Positions 25,981 to 34,550 are shown, numbered from the stretch's first letter. The stretch: 64,000 bases of DNA from Myxococcales bacterium (GCA_018780435.1 JADMJS010000204.1:9957-73956), one strand, 5' to 3'. Translations and numbers: made by a program. The notes: generated by a model from the sequence alone, not told the origin.

Positions 25981-27303
25981 TCAGCCTCCCACGGGCTCTG
26001 AGAGGCGGCGCCGGACGCTGGCCGCGTGGCCTTCCAGACCTTCGAGCTCGGCGAGACGAACGGTGGGCGGACCGAGCGTCGCAAGGCCGGCGCGGGAGAC
26101 GCGAATGACGTTCGATCGCTTCACGAAGTCGGTGACGCCGAGGGGCGAGAAGAAACGCGCGGTGCCATTGGTGGGCAGGACGTGGTTCGGACCGGCGATG
26201 TAGTCCCCGAGCGCTTCGGGGGTGTTCGGGCCGCAGAAGATGGCGCCCGCCGATCGGAAGCTGGCGGCGTGGCGTTCGGCGTCGGGGATGACGAGCTCAA
26301 GGTGTTCCGGAGCGATACGCTCTGCGAGGGCGAGCGCGTCGTCCACCGAGCGAGTGACGACGGCCACGCCGTAGCGGGCGACTGAGGCCTGCGCGATGGC
26401 GGCACGAGGTAGTGCCGCGGCTTGGGCGTGGACCTCGGCCACGATCTGGTCGAGAAAGTCTCGCTCGGGGCCGAGCAGGCTCACCATCGCGAGCTCGTCG
26501 TGCTCGGCTTGACTGAGGAGATCGGCCGCGAGGACCGCGGCGCTGGCGCCGCCTGCACGTGTCGCGACGACGCAGAGCTCGGAGGGGCCGGCGATGGCGT
26601 CGATGCGGACGCGGCCGAAGACCTCGCGCTTGGCCGTCGCGACCCAGGCGTTGCCCGGCCCGACGATGGCGTCGACTTTCCCGATGGACTCGGTCCCGAA
26701 GGCGAGCGCGGCGACGGCCTGAGCGCCGCCGATCCGGTAGATCTCGTCGATGCCCGCGATGGCGGCGGCGGCGATGACGGCGTCGTTCAGTCGGCCGTCG
26801 GGTGTGGGCGAGACCAAGACGACCTCGTCGACACCCGCGACGCGCGCCGGGACCGCGTTCATGAGGACACTCGACGGGTAGGCGGCGAGCCCGCCGGGGG
26901 CGTAAAGGCCGACACGCCGGAGTGGGATGGTGCGCTGAGCGAGGTACACGCCGTCTTCGGTCTCGTAGGACCAGTCGCGTTCACGCTGGCGGCGGTGAAA
27001 CGTGGCGATGCGGTCGTGGGCGAGCTGGAGGTCTTGCCGAGCGGTGCGGCCGACCCGGTCGAGCGCCGCGTCGCGTTCGGCGCTCGTGACGCGCAGGCCG
27101 TGAACGTCGGACGGTCGCCACCGATCGAGCTCTGCCGTCAAGGCGAGGAGCGCGGCGTCGCCATTCTGCTCGACGGCGCCGAGGATGGCTCGCACGCGAT
27201 CGAGGAGCGCACCGTCGGGCGCCGAATCGGCCCGCGAGGCGAGCAGGGGACCGAAGCGACTTTCGAAGTCGGGTGCGGTGGCGTCGAGCACTAACACGGT
27301 CAC
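25981..27303 (-). CDS. hisD: histidinol dehydrogenase
   Basis: Motifs: 'IAGPSELCVVA', 'QAEHDELA', 'APEHLEL' and 'GDYIAGPNHVLPT'. I place the start at the GTG at 27301-27303 (440 aa). The track ORF N-terminus (to 27465) has no HisD similarity. Confidence 0.93.
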   Translation of the reverse strand: MTVLVLDATAPDFESRFGPLLASRADSAPDGALLDRVRAILGAVEQNGDAALLALTAELDRWRPSDVHGLRVTSAERDAALDRVGRTARQDLQLAHDRIATFHRRQRERDWSYETEDGVYLAQRTIPLRRVGLYAPGGLAAYPSSVLMNAVPARVAGVDEVVLVSPTPDGRLNDAVIAAAAIAGIDEIYRIGGAQAVAALAFGTESIGKVDAIVGPGNAWVATAKREVFGRVRIDAIAGPSELCVVATRAGGASAAVLAADLLSQAEHDELAMVSLLGPERDFLDQIVAEVHAQAAALPRAAIAQASVARYGVAVVTRSVDDALALAERIAPEHLELVIPDAERHAASFRSAGAIFCGPNTPEALGDYIAGPNHVLPTNGTARFFSPLGVTDFVKRSNVIRVSRAGLATLGPPTVRLAELEGLEGHAASVRRRLSEPVGG

Positions 27304-27900
27304 GTCTCCGGGCCGCACGAAGGGTGAGCCGTGCGGGCCGGCCCGATGATAGCGCCCTCCGGCCGGGATGGCACCGTGAGGGTGGTGAAATGCCGGGTGT
27401 TGGGTGTTGGAGCCCCGGGCGCACCGGCCGCACGCAGTTGCCGCACCATGGAGACCCCTCGCCATGAGGCATCTACGACGGGACAGGCCGCAGGCCTAGG
27501 ACCACGGGGCCTGATTCGAACGTGGCCCGCAGCTCCCTCCCGCGTGGGGCTGCGCCTGGGCACAGCTCCTGGGAAGGCGCCTCTAGGGACACAACGAAAC
27601 AGGCGCAGCCGACTGGTCGCGCGCCCACGGCCGACGGTCCCGCCGCCAGCCACACGGATCCCGGGTCGGGTGCAGCGTTCGGTCAATCGACCGGGCCCCC
27701 GGAGGTCCACTTGGGAGCATACGGGATGAGGCTCGTTGCGCAAGGTCAGCTCCATGGGGTCGTCGGAAGGCTCCGCCGATGGACCCGATCGGTGCCGAAT
27801 AGCCGGCACGTGTTGACACTCACCTGGGCCAGCGTGGCTGGTCGACCTTCGCGAGAGGTATGGTCGAACTCCGACAGCGGGTCGAGGTGAGGAATGATTT

Positions 27901-28521
27901 GTGGTGCTCCGAGCATTGGCCGATAACGGCGCAGCATCCGTTCAACTCCAAGCGACGAGGAGGTCGCCCCTGCAACGCTCAATCCTTAGATTCGTCGCGG
28001 CGACGATCGTGCTGGGGGGGCTCACGTCCTACGCCGGCTGTGCCAAACACGCTTGCAACGACGATACGCTGGCGCGGGCGCTCGAGACGGCATCCAAGAC
28101 GCCCTCGACGCAGCGCACGGAGTTGATGAGCCAGGCGTTGCTCGAGGCGTGCACCTCTGCGGACGAGGGCATGCCCCCGCTGCTCCGGACGGCGCTGGTC
28201 GCTGTACGGGAGTACGAGCGGGGGCCGGCGGCGATCAAAGTGATCGAAGCGATTCGCGCCGACTCGGGCGCCTGGACGGAGGCGTGCTCGGCTGGCACGG
28301 CGGCGTTCGACTCGCTAGGCGGCGACCTCGGTCGCGCCTCGCTGGCGATTGCTCGGGCCTGCAACGCAGAGCGCTTCGGCTGGGCGTCCGAAGGCGACTT
28401 CATGCGTTCGCACCCGACCGGGGTCATGGTCGCGATCCTGGCTTGGCCGTGGCTCTCGGCGAAGGGGGCCGCCAAGGTGCGCGCACATCACGTCGTCGAA
28501 GCGTTGCTGGCGGCGGAGTGA
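27901..28521 (+). CDS. hypothetical lipoprotein
   Basis: Lipobox-like 'IVLGGLTSYAGC'. The start is uncertain: the GTG at 27901 or a later start after the AGGAGG at 27957. I recognise no family. Confidence 0.5.
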   Translation: MVLRALADNGAASVQLQATRRSPLQRSILRFVAATIVLGGLTSYAGCAKHACNDDTLARALETASKTPSTQRTELMSQALLEACTSADEGMPPLLRTALVAVREYERGPAAIKVIEAIRADSGAWTEACSAGTAAFDSLGGDLGRASLAIARACNAERFGWASEGDFMRSHPTGVMVAILAWPWLSAKGAAKVRAHHVVEALLAAE

Positions 28522-28604
28522 CGGTGCCCACGCGGGGAGGCGTCGCGCGGCAGGAGGCGCCGGTGGCCCTCGAGACGGGGCAGTATGCGTCACTGGCACC
28601 GGCC

Positions 28605-29906
28605 ATGTCGCGGCTGACGCTGTCCTTCGTGGACCCCGAGCTCGAGGCGGCTTATCGGACCTACTTCTTCGACTCCAAGCGGCGTTTCCTCGCCGTGGGG
28701 CTCTTGATTTCGACTCTGGTGACGGCCGCGTTCGGGTTGGTCGACAAGGTCCTCGCTCCGGACGACTACGAATCGCTGTGGCTCATTCGCTATGGAATCA
28801 CGGTCCCCGTGCTACTGGCGGCGTTGCCACTGGTGTTTTGGTCACCGGCGTATCCGTTCATGCGGCGGCGTGCGCAAGAGGTGGTCCTGCTGCTCCTCGT
28901 CATCGTGACGAGCTCCCTGATCGTGCTGTCGGCACGCTTCATTCGAATGCCTGAAGACACCGAGCTCGTCGATCCCGACGCGATCAGCCGCATCTTCGCC
29001 GGGCTGGCCGGGTGGACGTTGGTAATGCTGGTCGCGCTGGGGGTCACACGGGTCCGCTTCTTGTACGCCCTCCCAATAGCGGCCGCTGCCGTCCTGAGTG
29101 CCGTCGTCGTTCCGTTGAGGGTCGCTCATCTCGATCCGACCATCGTAGCCGTCGGGCTGGTCGTCATCATCACGATCACGTCGGTCGGCCTCGTCATGAA
29201 CTACTCCATCGAGCTCTACGAACGACGCTTCTTCGAGAAGACCCACGCTCTAGCGCGCTCTCGAGAACGAACGGTCGCGCTGCTGGAGTCCATTCTGCCT
29301 CGGGGCATCGCGCGAGCGCTCGAGTCCGGGAGACGCACCATCGCCGTGAGGCACGACGAGACCTCCGTGCTCTTTGCCGATCTCGTCGGATTCACCCCGT
29401 TGGCCGAGCGGTTGCCGCCTGAAGAGCTCGTGGGCCTGCTCGACCGCACTTTCGCCCGCTTCGACGAGGTCGTGGCCCGGCACGACGCCGAGAAGGTCAA
29501 GACCATCGGTGACGCCTACCTCGTGGTCGCGGGCGTCCCCGACCCCTGCGAAGATCACGTGGCCGTGCTCGCCGACGTCGCGCTGGCGCTGATGGCCGAG
29601 ACCGCTGCCTTGGCACGCGAGACGGGCTTCCGACTCGAGCTTCGGGCCGGCATACACACCGGGCCGGTGCTCGCAGGCGTCATCGGCACCACCAAGCCCG
29701 CCTACGACGTTTGGGGCGACACGGTGAACACGGCGGCGCGCATGGAGAGCCACGGGGAGCCAGGCCGCGTGCAGGTGACGGCGGCGGTCGTGGCGCGGCT
29801 CGTCGGGCGATTCGAGTGCATCCCTCGAGGCACCATCGACGTGAAGGGCAAAGGGGCGCTCGAAACCTGGTGGCTCGGAGAGCGGCTCGGGGCGCCCCCA
29901 ACGTAG
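28605..29906 (+). CDS. membrane-anchored class III adenylate/guanylate cyclase
   Basis: From the ATG at 28605 there are about six hydrophobic helices. These are followed by the catalytic domain 'VLFADLVGFT...KVKTIGDAYLVVAG...YDVWGDTVNTAARMES'. The Lys (KTIGD) and Asp (YDVWGD) are the pair that selects ATP in canonical class III cyclases. Confidence 0.85.
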   Translation: MSRLTLSFVDPELEAAYRTYFFDSKRRFLAVGLLISTLVTAAFGLVDKVLAPDDYESLWLIRYGITVPVLLAALPLVFWSPAYPFMRRRAQEVVLLLLVIVTSSLIVLSARFIRMPEDTELVDPDAISRIFAGLAGWTLVMLVALGVTRVRFLYALPIAAAAVLSAVVVPLRVAHLDPTIVAVGLVVIITITSVGLVMNYSIELYERRFFEKTHALARSRERTVALLESILPRGIARALESGRRTIAVRHDETSVLFADLVGFTPLAERLPPEELVGLLDRTFARFDEVVARHDAEKVKTIGDAYLVVAGVPDPCEDHVAVLADVALALMAETAALARETGFRLELRAGIHTGPVLAGVIGTTKPAYDVWGDTVNTAARMESHGEPGRVQVTAAVVARLVGRFECIPRGTIDVKGKGALETWWLGERLGAPPT

Positions 29907-30692
29907 CCGGACACCCGCCAGCCGGACACCCGCCGGTAGCGCGCCAAGGAGGATGAGCGGACCCGTGGCCGCTCGGGTCTATGTGACTTACTTCGTAGTC
30001 CTTCGGCGTCTTCGAGAATCGGAGGGGACCTCGGTTCTCATTGCCGATCTCGTCGGGTTCACCCCACTCGCTGAGCGGCTGCCGCCTGAAGAGCTCGTGG
30101 GCCTGCTCGACCGCACTTTCGCCCGCTTCGACGAGGTCGTGGCCCGGCACGACGCCGAGAAGGTCAAGACCATCGGTGACGCCTACCTCGTGGTCGCGGG
30201 CGTCCCCGACCCCTGCGAAGATCACGTGGCCGTGCTCGCCGACGTCGCGCTGGCGCTGATGGCCGAGACCGCTGCCTTGGCACGCGAGACGGGCTTCCGA
30301 CTCGAGCTTCGGGCCGGCATACACACCGGGCCGGTGCTCGCAGGCGTCATCGGCACCACCAAGCCCGCCTACGACGTTTGGGGCGACACGGTGAACACGG
30401 CGGCGCGCATGGAGAGCCACGGGGAGCCAGGCCGCGTGCAGGTGACGGCGGCGGTCGTGGCGCGGCTCGTCGGGCGATTCGAGTGCATCCCTCGAGGCAC
30501 CATCGACGTGAAGGGCAAAGGGGCGCTCGAAACCTGGTGGCTCGGAGAGCGGCTCGGGGCGCCCCCAACGTAGCCGGACACCCGCCAGCCGGACACCCGC
30601 CGGTAGCGCGCCAAGGAGGATGAGCGGACCCGTGGCCGCTCGGGTCTATATGACTTACTTCGTAGTCCTTCGGCGCGTCCGAAAATCGGACA
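29373..30692. repeat. tandem direct duplication, two ~650-bp copies offset by 667 bp
   Basis: 29414-29981 is identical to 30081-30648. One G/A mismatch follows, then 25 more identical nt. The two edges (29373-29413 and ~30008-30025) are diverged. The ORF track shows identical peptides at a +667 offset (for example 29374..29592 = 30041..30259). Confidence 0.95.
29953..30573 (+). CDS. orphan class III cyclase catalytic domain (duplicate copy; function or pseudogene status unresolved)
   Basis: The ORF has 29 N-terminal codons derived from the duplicated transposase leader, followed by a complete catalytic domain from 'VLIADLVGFT'. The ATG directly abuts AAGGAGG with zero spacer, so the true start is doubtful. 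Confidence 0.45.
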   Translation: MSGPVAARVYVTYFVVLRRLRESEGTSVLIADLVGFTPLAERLPPEELVGLLDRTFARFDEVVARHDAEKVKTIGDAYLVVAGVPDPCEDHVAVLADVALALMAETAALARETGFRLELRAGIHTGPVLAGVIGTTKPAYDVWGDTVNTAARMESHGEPGRVQVTAAVVARLVGRFECIPRGTIDVKGKGALETWWLGERLGAPPT

Positions 30693-30814
30693 TCTCGCCG
30701 AAGAATGGGACTACGCCGGACGGAAAATACGGTCTTCGACGCCGTTCCAATGGGGATCGTAGGCTCGCGACCGGCGGCGGCTGGACTGGCTCGCGCCGTG
30801 CACTAGGGCCGGCC

Positions 30815-31789
30815 ATGACCCAACCTCGCAACATCGAGCCAGGCCGAACTCTCATGGTGACCCTCCGCACCGCGCGCCGGGTCTTCTACTTCGCGCCCTC
30901 GTCGGCGGTGAACGCACTCATCGAGTACGTCGTTGCGTTTGCGGCTAAAAGGCACAATATCGGAATAACGGCTATGGTTTGGATGAGTAATCATGCTCAT
31001 CTCGTGATCAATGATCATCACGGCTGCGTGCCCGACTTCCTCCAAACCATGAATGCCCTCCTTGCTCGCGCGCTCAATAAGTACCGAGGCGAACGCGGCG
31101 GCGTATTGGCTCGAGACAGCGTCGACCTGAAGCTCCTCGATGGCCGCGACGGCGCCTTGACGGCACTCGCGTACGTCGGTGCCAACCCCGTGGCGGCAGC
31201 GTGTGTCGAGCATGGCCGAGACTGGCCAGGCCTCAGAACGCTCGCCAAAGACATTGGACGCCGCGAGCGCACGGTGACTCGCCCAGCGTTCTTCTTCCGC
31301 CATCGCGATCAGGGCTACCGAGGAGCATTGCCGGAGACGGTGAAACTCCGTTTCGAACTCCCGCTCGCAGTGCCGGAGCAAGGACGCGGCCAATTCATCC
31401 ACGACATGGAGAACGCAGTCCGAGAAGCTGAAGAGAAGGCACGCGCGGACGTGCGAGCCAGCGGGAAGTCCTTCCGCGGCGCGGCTGGCTGCCGCAACGT
31501 CGACCACCGAACGCAGGCCGAGTCATGGGAACCGAGTGGCGCCGGCACCGGCCCCAGCAAGATCCTGACGCACGACGAGGCACGTCGAGAGGCCGCCCGA
31601 GAGGAGCTCGCCGCCTTTCTCGACGCGTACGCGCTCGCCTTCGAACGCTGGCGCATCGGTTGCCGGGACGTGAGCTTCCCCCGCGGCACCTACCGCCTTG
31701 CGCGCACCTTTGGCGCCCCAGTGGCCGGGGCACCTGAGCCCGGCCCACACGTCTCGGAACCGCCCGAGCCCGCTCCCTCCACGACCTGA
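30815..31789 (+). CDS. IS200/RAYT-like Y1 (HUH) tyrosine transposase-family protein, 324 aa
   Basis: Motifs: 'YFAPS...', the HUH motif 'MSNHAHLVIN', and the Tyr motif 'LAYVGANPVAAACVEHGRDW'. I place the start at the ATG at 30815 ('MTQPRNIEPGRTLMVTLRTARRVFYF'); the track ORF begins at 30620. Confidence 0.8.
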   Translation: MTQPRNIEPGRTLMVTLRTARRVFYFAPSSAVNALIEYVVAFAAKRHNIGITAMVWMSNHAHLVINDHHGCVPDFLQTMNALLARALNKYRGERGGVLARDSVDLKLLDGRDGALTALAYVGANPVAAACVEHGRDWPGLRTLAKDIGRRERTVTRPAFFFRHRDQGYRGALPETVKLRFELPLAVPEQGRGQFIHDMENAVREAEEKARADVRASGKSFRGAAGCRNVDHRTQAESWEPSGAGTGPSKILTHDEARREAAREELAAFLDAYALAFERWRIGCRDVSFPRGTYRLARTFGAPVAGAPEPGPHVSEPPEPAPSTT

Positions 31790-31928
31790 CCCCTCGAGGC
31801 AAAGCCGGTCACGAAGCAAGGCCGGTCAGGGTCGAGCGAGTCTCGATGGGGAGTGGCGCGCCTCCCTTCCTGTTTACAACGCCCCCTTAATGTACTCTAT
31901 CCGAGCGAGCGCGCCCAAACCCGACGCC

Positions 31929-32145
31929 GGAGCCACGAACCGGCGGCCTCCGAACCAACCGAACCGCCCTCCCGAACAGGACTGCCGGACGTGTCCGGAG
32001 GACTGGACGTGTCCGGAGGACTGGAGCCACGAACCGGCGGCCTCCGAACCAACTGAACCGCCCTCCCGAACAGGACTGCCGGACGTGTCCGAAGGACGGA
32101 ACCGCCCTCCCGAACAGGACTGCCGGACGTGTCCGAAGGACGGGC
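31929..32145. repeat. nested tandem repeats containing four GGACGTGTCCG hairpin cores (REP-like)
   Basis: A ~68-nt unit 'GGAGCCACGAACCGGCGGCCTCCGAACCAAC(C/T)GAACCGCCCTCCCGAACAGGACTGCCGGACGTGTCCG' occurs at 31929 and 32022. The 45-nt core 'GAACCGCCCTCCCGAACAGGACTGCCGGACGTGTCCG(G/A)AGGAC' occurs three times (31961, 32054, 32100). There is also an 18-nt sub-duplication at 31986-32021. Confidence 0.85.
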
Positions 32146-32220
32146 CCGAAGGCGACGCCTATGTTGACGAGTCGGCGTCCTCGCCTCGACGTTCCTTTGC
32201 CCCTGCGCTAGAACCTTCGG

Positions 32221-33663
32221 GTGTTCGGCCTCTCTCGACGAGTTCCTCAGCTTCGCCACGCGCTTGATGACGCGCAGTCCTTCGGCGAGTGGCGCAGTGC
32301 CGCCGCCGAGTTGGACGCTCTGACCGGTGGCGCCGATTGGCGCGCCGACGATACGTCGCGTTTCTACGACGCAGGCTCGCTTCGGCAGTCGTTGGCTCAG
32401 CTTGAGGTGCTTCGTCGGGATGGCGCCCCCATGCCGCTGGCGGACCACCTTCATGACAGCCTTCACCGCCATTTGAACGAGGTCACCGACCCTGGTCTCT
32501 ACGCGACGTCGTTCGTGGGGACCAAGTGCCTGGTCGAGCGCTACCTCGACGCCGTTTGCGCCTCCCTCGACCACCTCTGCGACGCCGACGGGCCCATCCC
32601 AGCCGCCCAACGCCTCGCGCTGTTCGAGCGGGAAGCGCACGCCGTCGGTCGCTCCGCGCTCATGTTGAGCGGCGGTGCTAGCCTCGGACTCTTTCACATC
32701 GGCGTCATCAAGGCCTTGCACGCGGCGGGCCTCCTACCCTCCATCGTGTCCGGAGCCAGCACCGGGTCGATGATCGCCGGCGGCCTATGCACCCGAAGCG
32801 CGACGGAGCTTGAGGACGTCCTCGCCGACCCCACCGAGCACGTCTACACGCGAGTCTTTCGCGCGCTCACCCCGTCCGAGATGCGGGACGAGCGCGCCGT
32901 CATGAGCCAAGACCAGTTGCTTCTCGCCATCAAGAGCAACATGGCCGACCTCACCTTCGCCGAGGCCTTCGAGCGAACGGGCCGAGCGCTGTGCATCTCC
33001 GTTTCACCGACTCGGGCACGCCAGAAGCCACGTCTCTTGTGCCACCTCACCGCGCCCGACGTCCTGGTGACGAGCGCGTCGCTCGCGTCGTGCGCCATCC
33101 CGGGGCTCTTCCCCGCAAGCACGCTCCTCCAGCGTAAAGGCTCGAAAGAACAAGAGTACGTCCCCGGCGAGCGATGGATCGACGGGACCATCGCCTCGGA
33201 CCTGCCGACGGACCGCCTCGCTCGACTCCTGAACGTGAACCACACCATCGTCAGCCAGACGAACGCCCACCTCATCCCATTCACGGACGCGCGCAGCCGC
33301 TCAGGGCTCGTCCCCACCGTCACGGACCTCCTCGCGTCGAGCGCGTATACACAGGCTCTGCAGGTCCTCGACGTGGCGCGCCGTAGAGCGACCTCGCCTG
33401 GGCTTCGGCGGGCGCTTGAGTGGACTCATGGGGCCGCACATCAGAAGTTCACGGGGAACATCACCCTGCACCCACCCGTAACCGCATGGAATTACGGCAT
33501 CATCTTCCGGAATGCGTCCAAAGACGCGCTGGCGCGGCTCGTCCGGCAAGGCGAACGAGCCACCTGGCCCAAGCTGCACGTCATTTCGGCGCAGACTCGA
33601 GTCGCTCGGACGCTTGAGGCGTGCGTGGTGCGCCTGCGTCAGCGTCTCCGAGGTGTCGCGTGA
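32221..33663 (+). CDS. patatin-like phospholipase with a DUF3336-type N-terminal domain
   Basis: Oxyanion 'SGGASLG', nucleophile elbow 'GASTGS', catalytic Asp 'DGTIASDLP'. The N-terminal 'AQSFGEWRSAAAELD...WRADD...YD...GTKCLVERYL' is DUF3336-like. GTG start at 32221. Confidence 0.88.
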   Translation: MFGLSRRVPQLRHALDDAQSFGEWRSAAAELDALTGGADWRADDTSRFYDAGSLRQSLAQLEVLRRDGAPMPLADHLHDSLHRHLNEVTDPGLYATSFVGTKCLVERYLDAVCASLDHLCDADGPIPAAQRLALFEREAHAVGRSALMLSGGASLGLFHIGVIKALHAAGLLPSIVSGASTGSMIAGGLCTRSATELEDVLADPTEHVYTRVFRALTPSEMRDERAVMSQDQLLLAIKSNMADLTFAEAFERTGRALCISVSPTRARQKPRLLCHLTAPDVLVTSASLASCAIPGLFPASTLLQRKGSKEQEYVPGERWIDGTIASDLPTDRLARLLNVNHTIVSQTNAHLIPFTDARSRSGLVPTVTDLLASSAYTQALQVLDVARRRATSPGLRRALEWTHGAAHQKFTGNITLHPPVTAWNYGIIFRNASKDALARLVRQGERATWPKLHVISAQTRVARTLEACVVRLRQRLRGVA

Positions 33664-33697
33664 CCTTCATTGACCCCTTCTCGCGGAGGCCACTCTC

Positions 33698-34513
33698 ATG
33701 AGCCAGCCGAGCCCCCTCTCGACTCCCCTCCCCTGGGATCTCGTCGCCGCGGAGTACAGCGTCGACGTCGCGCCCTTCTTCGAGCGCTTCGCCGAACGGG
33801 CGCTCGACCAAGCCGCCGTCGGCGCCCAACACCACATCGTCGATGTGGCGACGGGTCCCGGAACGCTCGCATTCCGTGCTCGAGAACGCGGCGCACGCGT
33901 GACGGCACTCGACTTCTCGGAAGAGATGATCCGCCAACTCGAGGCGCGGGCGGCGGCGGGCGGTGACACCGAGCACTTCACGGTCCGTCACGGCGACGGT
34001 CAGGCACTCCCGTTCGAAGATGATGGGTTCGACGCGGGCTTCTCGATGTTCGGATTGATGTTCTTCCCGGATCGCGATCGGGGCTTTCGCGAGCTCCGGC
34101 GCGTCGTGAAGTTGAATGGAGTCGTCGTTGTGTCGAGCTGGGTGCCGCTCGACCAGATCCCGATCCTTTCGACGGCCTTCGGCGCCCTGCGGGAGCAGCT
34201 CCCGAACTTGCCGCCGCCACCGGCGGAGCTGCCGCTGGCCAGCGAAGAACGCGCCGTCGCCGAGATGAGCGCCGCAGGCTTTCGTGACGTGGCGGCTGAA
34301 CGGCACACCGAGAGCATGTTGGCGTCGAGCACTCGAGCGCTCTGGGATCGCTTGAGCCGCAACAACGCGCCGATTGTGATGTTGCGCAACCGGCTCGGCG
34401 AAGCAGCCTGGGCGCCCATCGGGTCGGCCATCGAAGCTCGGCTGCTCGATCGATTTGGCGACGGCCCACAGTCGATTCCGATGACGGCGATCGTGACCTC
34501 TGGGCGGGTATAG
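33698..34513 (+). CDS. class I SAM-dependent methyltransferase
   Basis: Motif I 'VDVATGPGTLA' and 'ALDFSEEMI', with a Methyltransf_11-like layout. GGAGG lies 9 nt upstream of the ATG. The start is 34 nt after the patatin stop. Confidence 0.85.
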   Translation: MSQPSPLSTPLPWDLVAAEYSVDVAPFFERFAERALDQAAVGAQHHIVDVATGPGTLAFRARERGARVTALDFSEEMIRQLEARAAAGGDTEHFTVRHGDGQALPFEDDGFDAGFSMFGLMFFPDRDRGFRELRRVVKLNGVVVVSSWVPLDQIPILSTAFGALREQLPNLPPPPAELPLASEERAVAEMSAAGFRDVAAERHTESMLASSTRALWDRLSRNNAPIVMLRNRLGEAAWAPIGSAIEARLLDRFGDGPQSIPMTAIVTSGRV

Positions 34514-34550
34514 GGGCTCTACCCGAACGGGCGGGTGGTCGATCGGCGAG

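Noticed and set aside
25981-27303. hisD standing alone without other his genes, considered as a possible sign of a novel pathway.
   Set aside because: Dispersed his genes are common in many bacterial lineages, and nothing in the sequence suggests neofunctionalisation, since all catalytic motifs are intact.
27365-27400. 'GAGGGTGGTGAAATGCCGGG', reminiscent of the GGTGAAA element of cobalamin riboswitches or of RNase P CR-IV.
   Set aside because: No B12 box and none of the other conserved cores (for example GGAAAGTCCGGGC) are nearby, and the downstream gene context does not fit.
27495-27535. A tRNA/tmRNA-like 'GATTCGAAC' T-loop-like element flanked by GGGCC/GGCCC.
   Set aside because: The loop would be 12 nt rather than 7. 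No matching acceptor stem, CCA context, anticodon arm or tmRNA tag-peptide reading frame could be found on either strand.
31929-32145. The repeat cluster considered as a possible CRISPR array.
   Set aside because: The units are directly abutting or nested (periods 93, 46 and 18 nt) without unique spacers of constant length. There are only three or four copies, no cas genes are present, and the units contain simple hairpins typical of REP-like elements.
31897-32721. A 274-aa minus-strand ORF covering the repeat array and the 5' part of the patatin gene.
   Set aside because: It overlaps the well-supported patatin/DUF3336 frame and runs through non-coding tandem repeats. It has no recognisable motifs.
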